64,000 bases of DNA from Chloroflexota bacterium (GTDB lineage: Bacteria > Chloroflexota > Anaerolineae > DUEN01). The stretch covers positions 13,911 through 77,910 of the forward strand of contig JAADGJ010000010.1 of assembly GCA_013152435.1 (NCBI GenBank), given 5' to 3'. The position numbers were made by a program, and so were the translations under genes. Below, in pieces: positions 37,901 to 46,936 of this stretch. The notes beneath the pieces are model-generated. The model saw only the letters and a program-made list of their open reading frames with translations. It was not told where the DNA came from and ran no database searches. Position 1 is the stretch's first letter. Every line of letters begins with the position of its first letter.

Positions 37901-38449
37901 GAGATCAACAACGCGAGCTGTTACGGCGGGTTGGCGCTGGCCTACTGTCGATTGGGGCTTTCGGATCGGATCCCCCAGGTGGTCGATCAGATGATCCCGC
38001 TGTTGCATCGAGCTCCCTCCGCGTTTTCGATGTTGGAGGGCTTGGCCAACTTCGGTGAGGCGTGCCTGATGCTGTCCGCTTCGGAGTCGGCGGTGAACGG
38101 TGTGGCGCTGGCAAGGCCTCTTGAGGCGCTGACTCGAGAGGCCTTGCGGGCGATGCGGCGGTTTGCTCACGTGTTCCCGATTGGCCGCCCGCGTGCCTGC
38201 TGGCTTTTGGGGAAGCACGCCTGGCGACTAGGCAGGCGTCGTCAGGCCCGGCGCTATTGGCGGCAGGGTGCCCGGGCCGCTCAGCGTCTGGGGATGCGCT
38301 ATGAGCTGGCGCGTCTGCGCTATGAACTGCACGTTCATTTCGATGAGGCGTCCCCTGAGCTTTCCTTGGCAGCGGGGGAACGACCCTCACATTCCATTCT
38401 ATCGGCTCTGAAGGCGAGTTGTAATCGTTGTGGTGGGATCACCCCGTAG
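34991..38449 (+). CDS. AfsR/SARP-family regulator: winged HTH + BTAD + STAND NTPase + TPR-like repeats
   Basis: LLGTFQV, RALLAYL, SREALAALLWP, EEAHARLIRLL, GPGGCGKT Walker A, LLVLDNFEH Walker B, DGMPLAL, RHRSLRATFDHSW. Confidence 0.93.
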   Translation: MGLEIFLLGTFQVLRDGESLQGFESQRVRALLAYLVLEADRPHSREALAALLWPDASDWRARRNLSQALSNLRKVLGESGREGGYLRITPHSVQFNPQSRYVLDVTRLEALLDACERHSHRRIEGCQACQDRLERIVGLYKGPLLQGVRVRDALPFEEWLVMRRERLEIKAQTAFMRLLQIYERQGDYAAAEEVARKLLDLAPWLEEAHARLIRLLAVQGHRSQALKQYRTCCKVLARELETEPTAETQELVRRIRAGETDPSSLGFPATMCRLPTPFTPFVGREVEVQAIVDRFQRRGDRLVTIVGPGGCGKTYLAVHAARRLLCAFRDGVYFVSLASLSSAGALPSAIADVLGIPFFGERSPEQQVLAYLRERDLLLVLDNFEHLLPKVGFLEELLQTAPDVCLLITSRAPLHLQAEQVVPLGGLAYPEEGAADWEQYPAVQLFAQQARRLSPDVDPLREEPREVVRLCRLVDGMPLALLLAAAWVRTLSCGEIVARIRENLDFLQVNWPDVPPRHRSLRATFDHSWRLLSAKEREALQGVSVFQGAFDVGAASQVAGATEEVLASLVDKSLVMIVASQHYRLHEQLRQYVYEKLEAHPERLRQVLARYLAYYADLVERHLEGLEAGDPEAMAALEAGLEDIRAAWQHALALEDARILPVLTEGLTGYYRRRSRFHEVADLLRRLLEGGGGGRLDDRTRISFQRQLGEAYFKCGRMVDGERYLHDVLRALDRPMPKAAAPLVIRIGVEAARQAWHRVRMPRPAADPWRLLDAARAYERLGQCFFFRSESLPAIYTALRGLNLAERAGVSPDLARLYASMCLGLAFAPQRRLARVYARLTREMIERVTEERARAWALEVLSLYHCGVGEWGAALEAANAAVEIAKSIGDQRRMEEAMVTPALVAHYRGDLERASSMWLDLHRLAADRRDPQVQAWCGTGYAESRLLLGEDERALRWLLRAQTLLVDTLDEINNASCYGGLALAYCRLGLSDRIPQVVDQMIPLLHRAPSAFSMLEGLANFGEACLMLSASESAVNGVALARPLEALTREALRAMRRFAHVFPIGRPRACWLLGKHAWRLGRRRQARRYWRQGARAAQRLGMRYELARLRYELHVHFDEASPELSLAAGERPSHSILSALKASCNRCGGITP

Positions 38450-38809
38450 ATTTCCAGGCACGTTCTGAAAGATTGCCCGTTTGATGGATCTCCGGAAGTA
38501 GGGTAGAATAGCAAACGTGCCATCCAGTAAATGGTATTTGTTTTTTGGTGTGGGGCGTGCATATTGTCGTGTTGTTATATGGGTATGTGCTGCATAATAT
38601 ATTGTTAATCTTTGTGGGTTCGGTAGGGGAGTGGGGTAGGGGAGTAGTGTTCGAGCTAAGAGGTACTGGCGAGGGATGTCAGGCCGGGCGCCAGTGTAAT
38701 GGGGGGGATTGTGTGGAATTGTAGCGTTCGGGCGCAGGCGCCGGACCTGCACGCCAGCGCCTGGCATCGGCGCCTGAAGCTGGATCGGAACCTGAGGGCC
38801 CGCCATGCC

Positions 38810-38838
38810 TTGCCCTCGTCTTCTCTCTGTGGTATATT
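38810..38838 (+). promoter_or_regulatory. sigma70-type promoter facing the recombinase gene
   Basis: TTGCCC (38810-38815), 17-nt spacer ending TGG, TATATT (38833-38838); predicted +1 falls inside the dif-like site. Confidence 0.65.
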
Positions 38839-38840
38839 AG

Positions 38841-38868
38841 ACTTCGTCTAAGAAAACTTATGCGAAGT
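38841..38868. other. dif-like tyrosine-recombinase site (11-6-11)
   Basis: ACTTCGTCTAA-GAAAAC-TTATGCGAAGT; arms are 9/11 inverted repeats; TAA-N6-TTATG core as in dif sites; 280 bp upstream of an Xer-like gene. Confidence 0.8.
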
Positions 38869-39147
38869 AAAATCTGTGAGGAGGACGAGAGGCCTGGATG
38901 AGTACTTCTGCCCCACTGCGGCGCTGCGTGATGAATGGTACCCGCCTGGGCGCTTCAGGTCAGGGCACCGTCCGGCGCTCGACGAGCTCACATCCCCCTA
39001 CCCTGTGTGGTTGCCTGTTATCCGGCTGGAAGAAGGAGCTGGACTTGGGGGACCGAGGGATATGTCCCATTGACGTCAGGGAGCCCCCTATTTGCGGCGC
39101 TCTCTCTGCTCCGTTTTGTGTTTATGTAAACTTACGTGGAGGGTGTG

Positions 39148-40260
39148 ATGACAGTTGAGGAGGCGATCGAGCAGTATCTGGAGCATCTCAAGGCCGCTCG
39201 ATCTTTTGGCACGGCTCGCACGTACGCCACCGGCTTGCGGCACTTCTGTCGCTATCTGGAGTCCCGCTCGATGCCGCCGGCGGAGACGGCGGTGCGGGAC
39301 CTTACCCTGCCGATCGCCACCGGGTTCGTCACCTGGCTGTACGATTACCTGCTGGAGGAGGCCGGCGGGGAGCCGCAGAAGATATCGGAGGCCACGAAGG
39401 GCACCTATTTCGCCGCTGTCATTGGCTTCTTCGAGTATTTGATCATTGAGGCCCAGCTCCTTCCGATGAGCATGAACGAGTATGACACGCTGCGGAAGGT
39501 GCTCGCCCGGGCGGTCAGGCGGCAGCAGCGGGACATCCTCCCCCCAGAGAAGCTCCCCACCCGAGAGATCGTCGAGGCTTTGCTGAAGGAGGCGTACAGG
39601 CCGTTGGAACTTCCCCCAGACACGCCGCCGGGCGAGCGTCGTCGCCGGGAGCTGATCCGATTGCGGAATATCGCCATCATCGAGGCGCTGTTGAGCTCTG
39701 GTATGCGGGTGGGCGAACTGGTGCGGCTGGAACGAGGGCACCTGCTGCATCACGTGCAGGGAGCGGTGGTCAAGTACGCGAAGGGCAAGAAGGAGCGCGA
39801 GGTGCTGTTCTCCGACCGGGCCTGGCATGCCATCCAGACGTATCTGAGGGCCCGCCAGGATACGGCTCAGGCCAGGCCGCTGTCCGACCTCCCCGTCTTC
39901 GCTCGCCACGATCGACGGGCTGGTTCCCGGATCCTCCCCCTCACCACCCGGAGCGTGCAGAACATCTTCTTCGAGCTGGCCTCTCGCTCGGGCATCGTGG
40001 AGATGTTTCATCTGACGCCGCACACGCTTCGGCACTTCTTTGCTACGGAGTTTCTGAGCGAGACCGGCGATCTGGCGCTGACCCAGTATGCGCTGGGACA
40101 CTCCTCCCCTGCCACGACCCGTATCTACGCTCAGACCAAGCGTGAGGACTACCGTCGGGCGCATCGGCACGTGTTCGGCTCGAAACGTGGGATCGAGCCG
40201 GATGTGGTGGAAGCCATCGATGCGGAGGTCCCGGAAGAGGAGCGGGGGCACGATGTGTAA
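39148..40260 (+). CDS. Xer-like tyrosine recombinase
   Basis: SAM-like N-domain (TARTYATGLRHF); catalytic residues in SGMRVGEL (R), AKGKKER (K), HTLRH (HxxR), LGHSS (H) and TRIY (Y). Confidence 0.93.
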   Translation: MTVEEAIEQYLEHLKAARSFGTARTYATGLRHFCRYLESRSMPPAETAVRDLTLPIATGFVTWLYDYLLEEAGGEPQKISEATKGTYFAAVIGFFEYLIIEAQLLPMSMNEYDTLRKVLARAVRRQQRDILPPEKLPTREIVEALLKEAYRPLELPPDTPPGERRRRELIRLRNIAIIEALLSSGMRVGELVRLERGHLLHHVQGAVVKYAKGKKEREVLFSDRAWHAIQTYLRARQDTAQARPLSDLPVFARHDRRAGSRILPLTTRSVQNIFFELASRSGIVEMFHLTPHTLRHFFATEFLSETGDLALTQYALGHSSPATTRIYAQTKREDYRRAHRHVFGSKRGIEPDVVEAIDAEVPEEERGHDV

Positions 40261-40284
40261 CCGCCCTCGTGCCCCCGCCGTTCG

Positions 40285-41742
<1,458 letters not shown>

Positions 41743-41801
41743 TTATCGTGCGGAGGCGATCGGCTGATCGTTCCCTGTTGTTGCCGTCTGCTCAGCGTGC
41801 G

Positions 41802-44800
41802 TTAAACCGTGTACAGTTTGACGGTCTTGATCTCGTGTGGCGTCAGATGCAGCGAGAAGCTGCCTTCCTCGATGGCGAGGTCTGCCAGAGGCCGCTCGAC
41901 CAGATCGACCTCCTCCGCCCGGGCGATCGGCCACCCGGGCTGCAGACGCACATCCGTCTCCTGGCCGTGAGCCTCATACACCCGTACGATGACGGCCTGC
42001 CCTTCCTCCGGCTGATCCTCGGCCAGCTTCACCGCCGAGACCCGAGCGTGCTCCGACTCGCAGCGCAGCCACGGTCGTCCGGGCTGCAGCGGGCCAACGT
42101 GGCCGTCGGTGACCACGACCTGGACCGGCTGGTTCAACTCGGCCGCTCGCTGATCGGTCCCCGCCTCCCGCCAGTCGCCAGGATGTGGGTACAGCGAGTA
42201 GGTGAAGCGATGAAGCCCCTCGTCCGGGTTGTTGTCCGGCTCATAGGAAGCCCGCACCAGCGTCAGGCCCAGCGTGTTGCCGTGTGCCTGGTGGCCGTAC
42301 TTGCTGTCGTTCAACAGCGAGACCCCGTAGGCGTCCTCGGAGAGATCAGCCCAGCGTAGCGCGGGCACCTCACGGCCGTCGGCCGGGCGCTCCAGCCCGG
42401 CGAAGGGGATCTCGAAGGTCGCTCGGGTGTAGCCCAGGAGGGGAGCAAAGGTAGTGCGCAACATGGGCGCATCCTGGTGGGCACTCCCCCGCTCGTGCCA
42501 CTCCACCTCCGTCTCGAAATCGATGCGACGCAGCTTGCGGTACAGCACAATACGCTGCCGCAGCGAGGAGTTCAGGAACCGGCGGCGCACCTCGACCACG
42601 CCGCATACGGGGCCTTGCTCCACGACCTGCACTTGGGCTCCCGTGATGAGGTGATCCACCCGGGTGATATCGCCAATGTTCCAGGCTGACATGGGATGTG
42701 GTTGCTCCCACAGGATCTGCAATCGATTGAGCATCCCAGCGGTCGCCTTGGCCTCCGGTCCCTGGCCGGCTCTTGGCCCGGCCAGATCCCGACCCGTCTC
42801 ATGGTCGATCAGCTGGTCCAATGCCCCGGATGCGGGGTGAACCCGGATCCGCAGGACGCCGTTATCCAGCACGTTCTCCTGCGGATCTACCTGTACGATC
42901 GTCCCCTCGTCGCCCGCCGGCTCATTCACAGGACGGTAGACTCGCACGCCCAGCGAGGGGAGCTCTTCGGCGATGAAGACGAGCTCGTCGCCGCACACCT
43001 GGACGGGGAGGTGTTGTCCCCGGTCGTCCTCGACGGCGGTTGGGGCGGTGTCGCCCAGCTCGCTGAGCGGCACCCGCACGACGTCGTCTCGTTCCCAGGC
43101 CAGTGGGTTGAAGACGACGATGCGCGGCCCATCCCCTGCTCCGGTATCCACAGCCGAGGCCAACGTTGCCAATGCGCTCGCCGTCGTCTGTCGCGCCATC
43201 TCCATCATCGGCGCCATTCGCTCCCGGGCCTCCCGGTAGGTGACGCCGATGGCGCAGCCGCAGAGGATGTCGTGGAATTGGTGGAAACAGAGCGTGCGCC
43301 AGGCCTCGGCCAGGTCGTCCAGGGGATATGAGGCGTCGGCCATGAGGGCGCCCAGGGCGGCTGTCGTCTCCGCCGTCAGCAGGACGTTCTCGCCGTCCCG
43401 GTTCATGCGCTTGATGTCGCTGTGGCTGGTGTAGCATCCCTCGAAGACAGTGTTCAGCTCGCCGCGGACCACCGGGAGCTTGGGGGACTCCGCCAGGGCC
43501 TCCTGGTAGAACGACACGGTAGAGCTGCACTGCGCTCGAGGGAGAAAAGGCGTGGCGTCGATGACCCGGGCAGCCTCGATGTCCCGTGCCGTGGCTCCTC
43601 CGCCGTGGTCCCCGGCGCCATACACGTACAGACCGTGGTGGATGTTGTAACGGCCACTGAAGTCCATGACGCTCTCCACCACGCCAGAAGCCCCCAGGAC
43701 GTCGATCATGCTGCCATAGCCGCGTGGGTCCTGTACCGCCAGCACCCGGGAGCCGTCCAATCCCTCCCACCAGAAGAGCGGGTGCCCTTTTCCCGCCCGG
43801 CAGAAGTAGTAAAACTGCACGCCGCTCTTCTTCAGGATCTGCGGGTACGTCGCCGGGTGCCCGAAGGTATCCGGTTCCCAACAGATGGGCGGCTCCACGC
43901 CGAAGCGGCTCCGGATATATCGGCGGGTGTGCAGGATCTGTCGCACCAGCGACTCCCCGGCGGCCATGTTCAGGTCCCCCTCGACCCAGGTGGTGGCCGT
44001 GATATCCCAGCGGCCCTCCTGCACCCGAGCCCGAATGCGGTCGAACACGTCAGGATAATACGTCTCCATGGCGTGATAGGTCGACGCCTGGCTCTGGGAG
44101 AAGTGGAATTCGGGATATCGATCCATGAGGTGATCGACGGCGGTGAAATCTCGGCGGCAGACCTCCACCGTCTCGGACCAGGGCCATAGCCAGTTCATGT
44201 CAATATGGCTATGCGCAATCAGGTGCGCCGTGTAGCGTTTGGCCTCGTCGGCGAAGGGGCTCAGAGCCGCCTGGGCCGCCTTCACGCTGTTCCACCATCG
44301 ATCCCAGTTGTTGCCTTTCAGCGCCTCCAGATCCAGGGCGGCCGTAGCTCGCTCCCATGCGGCCATCTTCTCCGGGGTGGCGCCATCCCCCTGCCCCGCC
44401 AGGAAGCACGTGAAGGCCATCTGCATGCGGGCCAGGTCGATCCGGAAGATGACGTCGGCGAGATTGCTGAAGCGCAGATAGGCGGCGATGAAGGCGCCGA
44501 AGCCGTCGCCGGCGTTGCAGCGCACTACCAGGGTCCAGGGTGATCCTGGCTGATAGTCCTCGGTCAGGACCAGCGGGACCGCCCGGGTATCGGACCAGGA
44601 GGGCTCTCGATACATCTCCTTGTCGTTCACGTAGATGCTGGCGCCGATGGTGAGGAAGATGATCAGTTCCAGCGAGGACCCGGCCAGAGGGATGCCTTCC
44701 ACCTCGGCCGGGAGGTTCAATGTGGCCCGGAACCATGCCTCGCCGTCGGCCGATGACCAGGTTCGGGGCAGTTTTACGGCCTCCCAGTCGCTATCATCGA

Positions 44801-44933
44801 AACCGGGCGCCTGGGCGCCTTCCGGTGCGCCGATGCGGAACCTCCACTCTCTGATGGCGGAGGCTTTCATGATGGCATCGATCTTCTCCTGGACGGCCGA
44901 GTGGATGCCGTCCGTCGACGGGAAGGGTTGCAT
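41802..44933 (-). CDS. Alpha-mannosidase, glycoside hydrolase family 38, with N-terminal beta-sandwich
   Basis: HSHIDMNWLW, WEPDTFGH, GDHGGG, QFHDILCG, LLNDSKYG. Confidence 0.92.
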   Translation of the reverse strand: MQPFPSTDGIHSAVQEKIDAIMKASAIREWRFRIGAPEGAQAPGFDDSDWEAVKLPRTWSSADGEAWFRATLNLPAEVEGIPLAGSSLELIIFLTIGASIYVNDKEMYREPSWSDTRAVPLVLTEDYQPGSPWTLVVRCNAGDGFGAFIAAYLRFSNLADVIFRIDLARMQMAFTCFLAGQGDGATPEKMAAWERATAALDLEALKGNNWDRWWNSVKAAQAALSPFADEAKRYTAHLIAHSHIDMNWLWPWSETVEVCRRDFTAVDHLMDRYPEFHFSQSQASTYHAMETYYPDVFDRIRARVQEGRWDITATTWVEGDLNMAAGESLVRQILHTRRYIRSRFGVEPPICWEPDTFGHPATYPQILKKSGVQFYYFCRAGKGHPLFWWEGLDGSRVLAVQDPRGYGSMIDVLGASGVVESVMDFSGRYNIHHGLYVYGAGDHGGGATARDIEAARVIDATPFLPRAQCSSTVSFYQEALAESPKLPVVRGELNTVFEGCYTSHSDIKRMNRDGENVLLTAETTAALGALMADASYPLDDLAEAWRTLCFHQFHDILCGCAIGVTYREARERMAPMMEMARQTTASALATLASAVDTGAGDGPRIVVFNPLAWERDDVVRVPLSELGDTAPTAVEDDRGQHLPVQVCGDELVFIAEELPSLGVRVYRPVNEPAGDEGTIVQVDPQENVLDNGVLRIRVHPASGALDQLIDHETGRDLAGPRAGQGPEAKATAGMLNRLQILWEQPHPMSAWNIGDITRVDHLITGAQVQVVEQGPVCGVVEVRRRFLNSSLRQRIVLYRKLRRIDFETEVEWHERGSAHQDAPMLRTTFAPLLGYTRATFEIPFAGLERPADGREVPALRWADLSEDAYGVSLLNDSKYGHQAHGNTLGLTLVRASYEPDNNPDEGLHRFTYSLYPHPGDWREAGTDQRAAELNQPVQVVVTDGHVGPLQPGRPWLRCESEHARVSAVKLAEDQPEEGQAVIVRVYEAHGQETDVRLQPGWPIARAEEVDLVERPLADLAIEEGSFSLHLTPHEIKTVKLYTV

Positions 44934-44983
44934 CGTGTGAGCTCCTTTTCATCCAGTCTTTGGTGAGATGCCTTCGCGACATG

Positions 44984-45014
44984 AAAAAGGGGAGCACATC
45001 GGGCGTGCTCCCCT
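44984..45014 (-). terminator. Intrinsic terminator after hflX
   Basis: AGGGGAGCAC...GTGCTCCCCT stem followed by a U-tract on the minus strand. Confidence 0.7.
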
Positions 45015-45022
45015 CTCCCCGG

Positions 45023-46336
45023 CTAGTCTACCCGATAATCCTCTAAGCGTCCCATCAGCCACACGGGCACGCGGCCCTCCAGGAGCGTCCCCTCCCCCGT
45101 GTGCTCCTCGCGTTCCACGCTGCCGCGTTCATGCAGTTGGTGTAGCAACTCCGCCTCGCTGTACGGCAGCAGGACCCGCACGGGGATCATGCTCTCCTGC
45201 AAGGCCTCCTCCACCCGGGCCAGCAGGTCGTCCAGGCCCTTTCCCTTCAAGGCGGAGATGGTCACCGCCTTGGGGAAGATCTGGAGGGCGTCAGCGACCA
45301 TCTCCGCGTCCGGCACCAGGTCGATCTTGTTCAGCGCGACGACCACCGGTTTGTCGGCCGCCCCCAGGTCCTGGAGGATCTCCTCCACTGTGGCCGCCTG
45401 TTCTAACGCCAGCTTGTGCGTTATGTCAACTATATGTACGAGTACGTCGGCCTCGGTCACCTCCTCCAGCGTGGCCCGGAAGGCGGCTACCAGCTGCGTC
45501 GGCAGCTTTTGGATGAAGCCAACGGTATCGGTGAAGAGCACCTGTCGCCCGCCCGGCAGCTCCACCCTGCGGGTCGTCGGGTCCAGCGTGGCGAAGAGCT
45601 GGTCGGCGGCCACCACGTTGGCATCGGACAGCGCGTTGAGCAGCGTCGACTTGCCCGCGTTGGTGTATCCGACGATGGCGACCACGGGAAGCCCCGCCCG
45701 GCGCCGCCGGCGCCGGTGCAGCTGACGGTGCCGCCGCACTTCCTCCAGCTCCCGGCGGAGCTGGGCGATCCGTCGGCTGATCTCCCGCCGGTCGACCTCC
45801 AACTGGGTCTCGCCGGGGCCGCGCAGCCCGACGCCGCCGATGCCACCTCGCCCGGCTGAGCCCCCTACCTGACGGGCCAGGTGGGTCCATGCCCGGGTCA
45901 GGCGGGGCAGGCGGTACTCATATTGGGCCAGCTCCACCTGAAGGGCGCCCTCCCGGGTATGAGCGTGGCGGGCGAAGATGTCCAGGATCAGCGCCGTGCG
46001 GTCGAGGATCTTGATCTCGTCACCGAAGGCCTTCTCTAGCTCCCGTTGTTGCCGTGGCGAGAGCTCGTCGTCGAAGATGACGACGTCTGCATCCAGCGCC
46101 GCACGCAGCCCGACCAGTTCCTCGACCTTGCCGGTTCCGATGAAGGTAGCCGGGTTCGGGCGATCCAGTCGTTGGGTCACCCGGCCGACGACCTCGATGC
46201 CGGCCGTGCGGGCGAGCTGTTCTAGCTCGTCCAGCGAGTCCTCTAACGGCCAGGGGGAGGGCCGGCTTGTGATCTCTACGCCCACCAATAGTCCACGTTC
46301 GGGCCCTTCGTCTGTGACGATCAGGTCTCTAGGGAT
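45023..46336 (-). CDS. hflX: GTPase HflX; probable ATC start at 46336
   Basis: IGTGKVEEL, QVELAQYEYRLPRL, GPGETQLE, GYTNAGKST, FATLDPT, DTVGF, NKID; AGGAGGTGAT SD precedes an in-frame ATC. Confidence 0.95.
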   Translation of the reverse strand: MPRDLIVTDEGPERGLLVGVEITSRPSPWPLEDSLDELEQLARTAGIEVVGRVTQRLDRPNPATFIGTGKVEELVGLRAALDADVVIFDDELSPRQQRELEKAFGDEIKILDRTALILDIFARHAHTREGALQVELAQYEYRLPRLTRAWTHLARQVGGSAGRGGIGGVGLRGPGETQLEVDRREISRRIAQLRRELEEVRRHRQLHRRRRRRAGLPVVAIVGYTNAGKSTLLNALSDANVVAADQLFATLDPTTRRVELPGGRQVLFTDTVGFIQKLPTQLVAAFRATLEEVTEADVLVHIVDITHKLALEQAATVEEILQDLGAADKPVVVALNKIDLVPDAEMVADALQIFPKAVTISALKGKGLDDLLARVEEALQESMIPVRVLLPYSEAELLHQLHERGSVEREEHTGEGTLLEGRVPVWLMGRLEDYRVD

Positions 46337-46417
46337 AAGATCACCTCCTGCTGCGAGAATGCGACGAGTGGCGAAGGACGGGCGACGAATATCGAAGCGC
46401 CTTTCGCCCCGTCGCGC

Positions 46418-46648
46418 TTATGCGAGGGCTCTCTCGCCTAGAATAAGATTGGTCAACGGCAGCCCTCTCAGCTCAAGCCGGGATAGATCGACTCGCTTGC
46501 TGGCGTCCTCGATCTCGATGCCGACGATGCAGTTCTGTTCGTCGAAATCCACGACAATTCCAGGCGTGATTTCTTCCGATTCAGTGCTTGTGCCGTGCGT
46601 CAACCTGATGTACAACATGTCCGTTTCCGCATCATATTCAAATATCAT
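46418..46648 (-). CDS. DUF2283-family protein (putative antitoxin)
   Basis: YDAETDMLYIRL...VVDFDEQNCIVGIEIEDAS pattern. Confidence 0.85.
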   Translation of the reverse strand: MIFEYDAETDMLYIRLTHGTSTESEEITPGIVVDFDEQNCIVGIEIEDASKRVDLSRLELRGLPLTNLILGERALA

Positions 46649-46663
46649 GTTCTCGTCCCCCGC

Positions 46664-46894
46664 TCACGGCTTGAAACGGCGATCAAAGAAGGCATTATGC
46701 ACAGTCTCTCCGTCCGCTTCCGTCACGACCCTGAGGTATTTTCCTGCCTCGGCGATGAACCCCCAGTGGCGAATACGCCCGTTCGGCTGTATCTCGGTAC
46801 GAATAGGACTTGCGAGGACTTGCTCGATCCACTCCGCCCTGAGATAGGGACGACGTGCCATGACGCTGGTTTTGAAGTATCTGGTCGTCTTCAT
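46664..46894 (-). CDS. Small putative toxin (DUF4258/BrnT/RelE-like)
   Basis: 76 aa; EWIEQVLASP...KYLRVV...TVHNAFFDR; directly upstream of the DUF2283 gene. Confidence 0.65.
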   Translation of the reverse strand: MKTTRYFKTSVMARRPYLRAEWIEQVLASPIRTEIQPNGRIRHWGFIAEAGKYLRVVTEADGETVHNAFFDRRFKP

Positions 46895-46936
46895 GGGCTG
46901 CCGGTCGCCTGTTGTGGAAGGCCGGTGAGACGGCTC

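Noticed and set aside
38586..38612. GTGCTGCATAATATATTGTTAATC, resembling E. coli dif
   Set aside because: Only the left arm fits; the 6-bp spacer plus TTATG arm is absent; probably chance in an AT-rich stretch
38876..39158. Three short + strand ORFs in the recombinase leader
   Set aside because: No recognisable motifs and overlapping alternatives; not supportable as genes
39148..40260. Recombinase as a prophage, ICE or integron integrase
   Set aside because: No tRNA or att duplication, no phage or conjugation genes, no attC-like cassette array and no IntI-specific insertion; neighbours are chromosomal genes
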